NCBI GenBank assembly: GCA_964642015.1
Contig: CAZXLF010000003.1
Span: 164,204-228,203, forward strand
DNA from: an uncultured Planctomycetia bacterium
GTDB taxonomy: Bacteria; Omnitrophota; Gorgyraeia; 2-02-FULL-51-18
Reading direction: 5' to 3'
DNA: 64,000 bases
The number at the start of each line of letters is the position of its first letter. Position 1 is the stretch's first letter. The position numbers were made by a program, and so were the translations under genes. The notes under the pieces were generated by a model. That model was given only the letters and a program-made list of their open reading frames with translations, searched no databases and was not told the DNA's origin. This document shows, piece by piece, positions 49,727 through 56,941 of the stretch.

Positions 49727-50092
49727 TCAAGTCTTCAAACGGTAGGCAATAAACTCGTTCAAAACTTTCTGATCTTTTGGCTTAATATCGGAGAAAAATA
49801 TAGCGATAAAAAATTTATCGCTGATCGCATCTTCTTCTTTTCTGACGACCACGCCTTTTGCTTTTACGATTTTTTCCTTGGAAGAAAAATTGACAACTAC
49901 CGGAACGGAGAAAGCAATGTCAAGTTGCGTCATCAACGGGATATCGCGATCCACAACACACATCACGCCATTACCGCTGATGTTAACGCTTTTGGCTTGG
50001 ATCTCATAACCCTGATGGCCAATAACAAAAGGAAGCTCTTCAAAAATACGAACAGAACGACGTTGTTCCAAGATCCTCTTTTTTAGACTCAT
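49727..50092 (-). CDS. Stand-alone PilZ-domain protein
   Basis: RRSVR and NISGNG; GVVVR...IAIFF. Confidence 0.82.
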   Translation of the reverse strand: MSLKKRILEQRRSVRIFEELPFVIGHQGYEIQAKSVNISGNGVMCVVDRDIPLMTQLDIAFSVPVVVNFSSKEKIVKAKGVVVRKEEDAISDKFFIAIFFSDIKPKDQKVLNEFIAYRLKT

Positions 50093-50131
50093 CAGACACC
50101 CTTTGTTATGTCCGAAAAGCGCTTTCGAACT

Positions 50132-50431
50132 TTAAGATGTCGCAGTTGTTGCGGTATTTGCATCCGCTGCGGGCGCTGCCGAAGCTTGTGCGGTAGCTGC
50201 TTGCGCTTCTTGGGCTTTTTTAATCTTTTCGGCTTCCTGCGCCGCGTAAAGTTTAAATGACTTCTTATTCGCAAAATACTTACCGTTTCTATAATACCAA
50301 TCTTTGCGGCGGATACGTTTATTTGTTTGGATACAATTCGTCGGCCGCGACTTCTTCTTTTTGGGCTTACGACCCGCTGACTCCGCAGGGGCTTGCGCCT
50401 TTTTATCGTCTTTAACAGCTTCTTCTGCCAT
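50132..50431 (-). CDS. Small basic hypothetical protein
   Basis: Lys/Arg-rich core WYYRNGKYF, Ala-rich termini; SD-like GAGG/GGAG upstream. Confidence 0.65.
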   Translation of the reverse strand: MAEEAVKDDKKAQAPAESAGRKPKKKKSRPTNCIQTNKRIRRKDWYYRNGKYFANKKSFKLYAAQEAEKIKKAQEAQAATAQASAAPAADANTATTATS

Positions 50432-50456
50432 TTTTACAACTCCATCCTCTTCAATG

Positions 50457-50867
50457 TTAATTTGAGACGTTGTTCAAAACGCCTTCTTTAAGATTTAACC
50501 GGTAGCCCAAAGTTTCATCAAAAAGACTGTCGAAAAATAAAACATCCTTGAAATCATCCAGACAATCTTCCTCCGTCTTGGAAAGGATGCCTTCCCGCAC
50601 CATATTAAACACAATCTTGCCGAAATCAAGACTATTTTTTATGCCCCAATACTGGAACACATTGGAGGACATCGGTCCAAACTGTTCTTCGGCTTCCTCC
50701 CGAATAGCCGCCAAAAGCTCAGCTCCTGCAATATGACGCGGCTCTTTCAAGGCCCTGAAAGCCCTGCCAAGGGCAGCTATCACAAACAAGTAAGCCTCCT
50801 CTTTGTAATGTTTATCCGTTTTCAAAATATTGCTCAAATGTTTAAAATAGTCGTTTAAATAGCCCAT
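50457..50867 (-). CDS. Planctomycete/Verrucomicrobia-type conserved protein (Minf_1886/TIGR04138-like)
   Basis: Y..EAY.FV..AL, RHI.G.ELL, EQFGPM...V...WGI....DFG.IVFNMV..G.L.K.E.D..DDF. Confidence 0.8.
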   Translation of the reverse strand: MGYLNDYFKHLSNILKTDKHYKEEAYLFVIAALGRAFRALKEPRHIAGAELLAAIREEAEEQFGPMSSNVFQYWGIKNSLDFGKIVFNMVREGILSKTEEDCLDDFKDVLFFDSLFDETLGYRLNLKEGVLNNVSN

Positions 50868-50878
50868 GATTCTCGAAT

Positions 50879-51220
50879 TTATACATGTACTCTGCGGGCT
50901 GTCTTAAGCCATTCTTTGTAAACGTATTCCAAAACCCTGGTACGATCGGAACGGCTAATTTTTGTCAGCTTAATGCCGGCGTCTAAACCGTCTGCCCAAG
51001 CGATTTTGCCCGATGCAAATACCGGTAGATTATCGCCGGGAACACTCAAAGCGATCTGCACAGGCGTTCCAACCGAAACGTTCTGTTTTAATCCAAAACG
51101 AATGCCCTCACGGCTCAAATCTTTCACCAAAGCTTTTCCAAAAATAGGGTTCAAGGCAAGGGTCTTATATTCCACATCTAATGGCGCGTTAAAACGTAAA
51201 TATTTACGGCGTTCCGACAT
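50879..51220 (-). CDS. Stand-alone PilZ-domain protein
   Basis: RRKYLR and DLSREG; GKIAW...AGIKL; start ATG 51220 after AAAGGGG. Confidence 0.82.
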   Translation of the reverse strand: MSERRKYLRFNAPLDVEYKTLALNPIFGKALVKDLSREGIRFGLKQNVSVGTPVQIALSVPGDNLPVFASGKIAWADGLDAGIKLTKISRSDRTRVLEYVYKEWLKTARRVHV

Positions 51221-51251
51221 GATTTCCCCTTTTTTCACAATAGACAGAGCT

Positions 51252-51446
51252 TTAATCGTTCTTGAAATAGCGAATAAGATCGCTTTTTAGAAATCGGTAA
51301 TTATCGCCGACTTTTCTTCCCGGTATTTTCTTTGACTTCACAAGCTTGTAAAGCGTCTGGCGACTGATACTTAAAAATTGACACGCATCTTCCGTGGTCA
51401 ACGCCTTATCTTCACTCTTTTCATCTAGTAAATTGTTTCTATTCAT
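51252..51446 (-). CDS. Excisionase/BldC-like (HTH_17) small DNA-binding protein
   Basis: LTTEDACQFLSISRQTLYKLV...KIPG.KVG..YRF; SD AAGGAG. Confidence 0.88.
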   Translation of the reverse strand: MNRNNLLDEKSEDKALTTEDACQFLSISRQTLYKLVKSKKIPGRKVGDNYRFLKSDLIRYFKND

Positions 51447-51487
51447 TGCTCATCTCCTTCCCGGTTTCTCCGAGCGAAAGGAAGGCT

Positions 51488-51556
51488 ATTTAACCAAAGT
51501 GGTATATTTTTGTCAAGTAAATATTAAATGAGTTAATATGAGTTAATCTAGTTATT
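51488..51556 (-). promoter_or_regulatory. Putative promoter of the HTH-PilZ-patatin-fad unit, with upstream direct repeats
   Basis: Minus-strand TTGACA at 51516-51511 and an AT-rich -10-like element about 17-18 nt downstream; ATGAGTTAAT twice at 51528-51547. Confidence 0.5.
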
Positions 51557-51601
51557 AAATCTAAGTGAAAACTAACTAGTTTGAACGCTGCAAAGAAAAA
51601 T

Positions 51602-51636
51602 AAAAAACCCCAAAAGAACATTTCTATCTTTTGGGG
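51602..51636 (-). terminator. Rho-independent terminator
   Basis: CCCCAAAAGA ... TCTTTTGGGG with an A-run on + strand. Confidence 0.75.
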
Positions 51637-51662
51637 AAATTTTTCCTAAGACCGTTTACTTA

Positions 51663-51989
51663 TCAGAAAACGTATTCAGGTTCCAATATGGGCTTATAAT
51701 CTTCTGGTAATGGGAATGGGAAGGTTGCGATCTCATAAATACCAGCACCTGTCCTAACAATGGTCATTCCGGCACCTTTTGCCAGGCCTAGAGTCATGCC
51801 AGCCAGCGCGTTCTCATCCACACTTGTCTTATAAATATTTTTCGGAAGCTCAACCCAGCCCGTCAACGTATTCGCTACACCGCGGCCAAGCTTCGTAAAA
51901 GGATCCTGCGCAAAACACACCGTGGCAATCGTTAATAAGAACATACCGGCAATCCCGGCTGAAAATCCTTTGACTAATATTTTATTCAT
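51663..51989 (-). CDS. Exosortase-system-associated protein (TIGR04073 family)
   Basis: P..KLGRG.AN...GWVELPK...G...G...T..R..AG.YE..TFPFP.P..Y.PI.EPE; signal peptide. Confidence 0.8.
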   Translation of the reverse strand: MNKILVKGFSAGIAGMFLLTIATVCFAQDPFTKLGRGVANTLTGWVELPKNIYKTSVDENALAGMTLGLAKGAGMTIVRTGAGIYEIATFPFPLPEDYKPILEPEYVF

Positions 51990-52169
51990 TCAACTGCTCC
52001 TCTTACCGGCTCTTCTAAAATGTATGGATAAATGCTTAATTGCAACCCTAAGTTAAAGACAGAGTTATATTAATAAAAAGAGCTCTTATTGTCAATACGT
52101 ATTTACCAAAAAGAACCTTTACAATCAAAAATAGGCTTGATAAAATCCTGCAAGAGGTGCTCTCTGAAT

Positions 52170-52985
52170 ATGTATGAGTCGTTTTATGCGCTAAAACAGA
52201 AACCTTTTGCCATTGCGACCAACCCTTCTTTTTTGTATTTCAGTCAAAGACATCGCGAAGCGCTATCTTATCTGACCTATGGGATCAAGGAAAGGGTCGG
52301 TTTTATTGAAATTACCGGTGAGGTTGGCGCGGGAAAAACAACCACCTGCCGGGCACTTCTGAACCAATTAGACGAAAAAACTAAAACAGCTTTTATTTTT
52401 AATTCCAACCTGACAGAATTACAGCTGATGCAGACAATCATAGAAGATTTTGGGATAAAAACCGATAAAAAAAATAGAAGTGGTCTTTTTCACGAATTGA
52501 ACCAATTTCTCATCGATCAGCTGGCCCAAAACAACAATGTCGTCCTGATCATTGATGAAGCCCAAAATCTGAGTCTGCAGTTGCTTGAACAAATACGGAT
52601 GCTCTCGAACTTAGAAGCAGAGAATGAAAAATTGATACAGATCGTTTTGGTCGGTCAGCCGGAACTTAGAGAAAAATTAAGATCACCTTCGTTGAAGCAA
52701 TTAAGGCAACGTATCGCGGTGCGCTATCACATAGATGCCTTGACTCAGGAAGAAGTGCCTCACTACATCTCGCACCGACTTCAAATGGCCGGTGCGACGA
52801 ACGGTTCTTCCCCTGCTTTTGATGAAAAGGCTGTCAAAGAAATATACAAATATTCCGGAGGCATTCCGCGCCTGATCAATATTGTCTGCGATAAAGCGCT
52901 TTTATTAGGTTATGTTCTCGAAAAAAGATTCATAAACTCGGAGATCATCAAACGTTCTATCAACGAAATTGAAGGAGGCTTATAA
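52170..52985 (+). CDS. ExeA/GspA-type AAA ATPase
   Basis: MYESFY.L...PF, TGEVGAGKTT, IIDEAQNL, VGQPEL, QLRQRI, GIPRLINIVCD; start moved to ATG 52170. Confidence 0.92.
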   Translation: MYESFYALKQKPFAIATNPSFLYFSQRHREALSYLTYGIKERVGFIEITGEVGAGKTTTCRALLNQLDEKTKTAFIFNSNLTELQLMQTIIEDFGIKTDKKNRSGLFHELNQFLIDQLAQNNNVVLIIDEAQNLSLQLLEQIRMLSNLEAENEKLIQIVLVGQPELREKLRSPSLKQLRQRIAVRYHIDALTQEEVPHYISHRLQMAGATNGSSPAFDEKAVKEIYKYSGGIPRLINIVCDKALLLGYVLEKRFINSEIIKRSINEIEGGL

Positions 52986-52987
52986 AC

Positions 52988-53569
52988 ATGAGTATTATCA
53001 ATGAGGCTTTAAAAAAAGCCGTGCGCGAAAAAGAAGAAAACTTTTCTTTAGAAGATAGGGAGATGGTGCGCCGCAACATAGAACTGGAATTTCAAAAAAA
53101 GAGATCAAAGTTCAATTGGGGACCGGTGTTCATTTTGTTGGTTTTAGTGCTGATCACAGGACCTATTGTAGCTCCGATATTTTCAACCCCGATAAAGAAT
53201 TCAACAAATATCGCGAGTGCATCCGAACATTCGGCAACTCAAAATATTCCCGCATCCACAGCAACGACGGAAGTTGCTTCTGCCCCATCTTCCGGGATCA
53301 ATGCAAATCGAAAAGCGCAGTTCGCCGTAGAAGAAGCCCCTCTAACGAACGCCATCGCAACGCCCACGATCATATCAAGAACTCCGGACCTTACCTTAAG
53401 CGGCATTGTCTATTCTGCCAAACAGTCTTCGTATTGCATTATCAACAACCAAATTGTCAAGGTCGGCGATAGCATTCAAGGAGCAAAGCTTATTAGCGTC
53501 TCGCAGGATTCTGCAAAACTCAATTACGAAGGGAAGGAAATTTCTCTAAATACGGGAAGCGGTTACTGA
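52988..53569 (+). CDS. ExeB/GspB-like membrane protein
   Basis: MSII.EALKKA, single TM, C-terminal L.LSGI.Y......IIN.Q....GD.I.GA. Confidence 0.8.
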   Translation: MSIINEALKKAVREKEENFSLEDREMVRRNIELEFQKKRSKFNWGPVFILLVLVLITGPIVAPIFSTPIKNSTNIASASEHSATQNIPASTATTEVASAPSSGINANRKAQFAVEEAPLTNAIATPTIISRTPDLTLSGIVYSAKQSSYCIINNQIVKVGDSIQGAKLISVSQDSAKLNYEGKEISLNTGSGY

Positions 53570-53585
53570 TCTCAGGAGTGCTTTT

Positions 53586-54695
53586 CTAACCTTTTCTTTT
53601 TTCCAAAGACTCTTTGATCGCCAATAGAGGTACGTTCTCTACAACACACGTTTTACCCAAAGAAACCGGCAGCACAAAACGGTTGATCCCAGAAACCGAT
53701 TTTTTATCGTATCCGATCGATTTAAGCAAAGCATCCGTGTTTATATTCTTATAAAAGATCGGCAGTTTAAATTTTATAAGCATTTTTTCGATCCGCACGG
53801 GCAGGTCCTTATCTTTTAAATAACCCAACTTTAAAGATATATCACAGGCTGCCAACATTCCGATGCCGACCGCCTCCCCGTGAGTGTAGCTTCTAGAAAA
53901 ACGTGAGGCCGCTTCAATGCCATGTCCTATCGTGTGTCCGAAATTAAGCGCTATCCGGACATCTTTTTTATCCAATTCGTCTTTTGCAACGACCCTGGCC
54001 TTAATTTTTGCGCAACAAAAGATCACGTTTTCCAATAAGCGCGGATTTGACTGGATCGCCTCTTTGCCCTGCTTTTCCAAAAGCAAGAACAATGAAGAGT
54101 CTTTAATTACACCGTATTTGATCACTTCGGCAAAACCATCGCTCCAGTGCCGTTCGGGCAAACTTCCTAAAAGCGACAAATCGCTTAGAACCATGATTGG
54201 CTGATAAATTGAGCCCAAAAGGTTCTTTCCTTCGGGCAGATCAATGGCTGTTTTTCCGCCTATCGCTGAGTCGACCTGTGCGGTCAGCGTCGTTGGGATC
54301 TGAATGTATGGAACACCTCTTTTATAAACTGATGAAGCAAAACCGGTCAGATCACCAATAACCCCTCCGCCCAAAGCGACCATTAAAAGTGACTTGTTTT
54401 TTCCGCTGGACGCTGCCATTTGCCGGATCAATTTCCAAAAAACATTTTGCGATTTAACAGCTTCGGAACTTTTGGAATAAGGCGTGATAAAAAATATCGG
54501 TTCTATTCCATCCTTGGCTAAAGATTCTTTGATCTGCGCTCCGTAAAAGACGGCTATCTCTTTTTGAGTTACGATCAAAACTTGCCGCGAATCGAGCCGC
54601 TGTTCTCTGATAAACCGCCCAAAACGAGGCAAAAGATCCTGCCCTATATATATCGGGTAAGATCTCTCGTTCAAAGAAACGCGAATGGATTTCAC
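53586..54695 (-). CDS. aroB: 3-dehydroquinate synthase
   Basis: ALGGGVIGDL.GF, PTTL.AQVDSAIGGKT, EVIKY, LNFGHT.GH, HGEAV. Confidence 0.96.
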   Translation of the reverse strand: MKSIRVSLNERSYPIYIGQDLLPRFGRFIREQRLDSRQVLIVTQKEIAVFYGAQIKESLAKDGIEPIFFITPYSKSSEAVKSQNVFWKLIRQMAASSGKNKSLLMVALGGGVIGDLTGFASSVYKRGVPYIQIPTTLTAQVDSAIGGKTAIDLPEGKNLLGSIYQPIMVLSDLSLLGSLPERHWSDGFAEVIKYGVIKDSSLFLLLEKQGKEAIQSNPRLLENVIFCCAKIKARVVAKDELDKKDVRIALNFGHTIGHGIEAASRFSRSYTHGEAVGIGMLAACDISLKLGYLKDKDLPVRIEKMLIKFKLPIFYKNINTDALLKSIGYDKKSVSGINRFVLPVSLGKTCVVENVPLLAIKESLEKRKG

Positions 54696-55021
54696 TAACT
54701 GACCGGGCTCCCCGGAGGGATTTCCTTATCTAAAGTAACTATCGAAAGTGTGGGGCCGTCCTTGGCGGCCAGCAGCATTCCCCGTGATTCGGTACCGCGT
54801 ATCACGACTGGTGCCAGATTATTTACGACAACAATACATTTTCCGACGATCGCTTCTTTGCTGTAAAACAGCTTGATTCCTGCCACGATCTGCTTTTTCT
54901 CGGTCCCCACATCGATTGTAAGTTTCCAAAGCTTATCAGCACCGGGGATCTCTTCGGCTTCCAAGACCTTGGCTACGCGGAGCTCTGCTTTCTTGAATTC
55001 CTCAAGCGGAATCTCGCTCAT
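54695..55021 (-). CDS. tRNA-binding OB-fold protein (Trbp111/CsaA/MetRS C-terminal-like)
   Basis: F.K.ELRVAKV, ADKL, QIVAGI, NL.P....G.ES.GMLLA. Confidence 0.88.
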   Translation of the reverse strand: MSEIPLEEFKKAELRVAKVLEAEEIPGADKLWKLTIDVGTEKKQIVAGIKLFYSKEAIVGKCIVVVNNLAPVVIRGTESRGMLLAAKDGPTLSIVTLDKEIPPGSPVS

Positions 55022-55284
55022 TTCTTCTCGCTTTTAGAACCTTCGGCTGGAGCGGCGGCTTTGCCTGGAGTTGCCGCAGTGGCCGCACCATCGGCAGCCG
55101 GGGCAGCGGCTTTTTCTTTCTTTACTTTCAGTTTTTGCATCTTCACCTTCGGAATTCCTAAAGCGGATTTTTCCTCGTCCCACAAATTCTTTTCCTTAAG
55201 CACTTTCAAACGTTCATAACGTTTCAACACGGAGCGATGCTTCTTATCCTTACCTCCGCTGCGTAAACTTGAATGGATCGACAT
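55018..55284 (-). CDS. PVC-superphylum small basic protein (TIGR04137-like)
   Basis: MS.H.SL.......HRSVLKR.ER...L.....W....S..G.PKVK. Confidence 0.85.
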   Translation of the reverse strand: MSIHSSLRSGGKDKKHRSVLKRYERLKVLKEKNLWDEEKSALGIPKVKMQKLKVKKEKAAAPAADGAATAATPGKAAAPAEGSKSEKK

Positions 55285-55300
55285 AAATACCTCCCTTTTA

Positions 55301-55894
55301 TTATTCTTTTTGCGGACGCCTTCTTAAAAAGCATCCCTTGTATTTGATGTTGAGAGTTTTAAGATCTTTTTTTGCTGCATCCTTTGATATATATTGTCCC
55401 ACGCACACAATATAATAATCTCCACTCTCAATGATCGCGGAATAATACCCGCTACGTCTCAGCGCAACTGCCTCTTTCTCGGCCAGATCCTGCTTCTTAT
55501 AAGTAGAAACTTGAATCGTGTACGGCTTGTTATTGTTTTGGATTTGATCGGTTCTCTGAGGCTTAAGCGCTTGCGCCGCAGGTTTAATCGATGCTGGAAT
55601 CGGCGAAGCCGCTACCCTGGGTGGCACGACCGCTGCGGGCTGGACCGTTTTTAATATCGGCCGCACATAAGCGCTTTTGCTTAGCAATTTTCCCCGCAAA
55701 ACCCCTAAAAAGAACATCAAACACGCTGTTAATATCAAAACGATGCAAACAAGGATGATCTGCTCTATCGTCGTGCTGATCAGGATTGGCTTGTAAGATT
55801 TAGCCAGCGCAGGAAAACGCTCAGGTTTTTTACTTTTTCCTTCAAACGACGGAAAAAGCTCCTGTTGCTTTTCTTCCTGCTGAATTTCTGTCAT
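55301..55894 (-). CDS. SPOR-domain membrane protein
   Basis: Single TM (FFLGVLRG), Pro-rich linker, YTIQVSTY...A...L...GY...VCVG.Y. Confidence 0.85.
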   Translation of the reverse strand: MTEIQQEEKQQELFPSFEGKSKKPERFPALAKSYKPILISTTIEQIILVCIVLILTACLMFFLGVLRGKLLSKSAYVRPILKTVQPAAVVPPRVAASPIPASIKPAAQALKPQRTDQIQNNNKPYTIQVSTYKKQDLAEKEAVALRRSGYYSAIIESGDYYIVCVGQYISKDAAKKDLKTLNIKYKGCFLRRRPQKE

Positions 55895-55971
55895 AAAATC
55901 GAGAAGCCTTTCCTTCTGCTCATGTTAAGCGCGGCTAGTATAACAAGACGGGCGGGACGCAGCAACGAAAA

Positions 55972-56700
55972 TTAGCCTAAAAAACCTAAAGCCTGCCCCT
56001 GCCATTTAGCTTGAAACAACGGCCCATGGCAGCCGCTCAAAGTCAGTTCAGAGCCGAATAAACCTATTCTTACCGCCATCCATCCGTTTTTTTGTCTAAT
56101 AAGACCTTCCCGTATCTTTACGGGGAGTTTTTGTGCCCGTGATCGTGATAATGAAAAATAAAGATGCGCTTTAAAAAGCCTCTTTCCGCTGAAACCCATC
56201 ATACCTTTTAAAGCAAAATCCGGCGATTCGCATCTAAATATCCGGACCGTCATTTCGGAACCATTTTGAGATAGACCAACAACGAGTCTCCGAACCGACA
56301 GATCCTCTTTAAAACTTGCCGACGCAGGCCATGAGCCCAATAAACCCTGGGATAAATAAGGCCCTCCGAGTCTAATATTATGGACATCAATAACCATTGA
56401 TGATGGTTTCAAAAATACAATAGTTCCATCGCCAGTAAAGATCCGTTGTTTTTGTTGATTTCCAAATATTTCTAAGCTGTCAAAGAAAAATTTTGACCAA
56501 TGAAATATTTTTGTTTTTTTACTGTGGACCGAAAGGCCAGTGCGACCGCTCAACGATTTCGATACAACCAGATCAACGAGCGGGCCCTGCAAAGGGATAA
56601 GAAAACCTAATCCATAAAATAAGATTAAGATGATAGTGACGGCGAAAAAAACGCGAACTAGATATTTGACGATAGAGCTTTTAGCCCAGGTGAGACGCAA
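55972..56700 (-). CDS. Hypothetical protein with N-terminal TM anchor (start uncertain)
   Basis: Long ORF in operon orientation; no family recognised. Confidence 0.55.
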   Translation of the reverse strand: MRLTWAKSSIVKYLVRVFFAVTIILILFYGLGFLIPLQGPLVDLVVSKSLSGRTGLSVHSKKTKIFHWSKFFFDSLEIFGNQQKQRIFTGDGTIVFLKPSSMVIDVHNIRLGGPYLSQGLLGSWPASASFKEDLSVRRLVVGLSQNGSEMTVRIFRCESPDFALKGMMGFSGKRLFKAHLYFSLSRSRAQKLPVKIREGLIRQKNGWMAVRIGLFGSELTLSGCHGPLFQAKWQGQALGFLG

Positions 56701-56941
56701 GAGATTTCAGATCTTTCTTATTCAGCGCACATGAGTATCCGACCGTAGAAGAAGTGCGGTGTGCTTTTAGAAATCCGACGGCCACCAGATCCTCCAGCGC
56801 AGCTGTCACTTTTTTTATATTTTCATTCGTCCACGTGGCAAGTCCGCGAGGCGTATCCACGCTGCCTTGATTTTCGGCAAAAAAAGCGATCAATTTCCGA
56901 TGGACTTTGGATTTCATGAAACGCTCTATCTCAGGACGCAT
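56681..56941 (-). CDS. Small winged-helix-like hypothetical protein
   Basis: FF.EN...DT.RGLA.W......V..ALE.LV..G.L pattern; overlaps the end of the HD-GYP gene. Confidence 0.6.
   Translation of the reverse strand: MRPEIERFMKSKVHRKLIAFFAENQGSVDTPRGLATWTNENIKKVTAALEDLVAVGFLKAHRTSSTVGYSCALNKKDLKSLASHLG

Noticed and set aside
50092-50274. 60-aa ORF overlapping the small basic protein
   Set aside because: An alternative frame of 50132-50431, which has the better start context
51252-51446. Excisionase as evidence of a prophage or ICE
   Set aside because: No integrase, att repeat or phage genes; the gene sits at the head of a chromosomal operon
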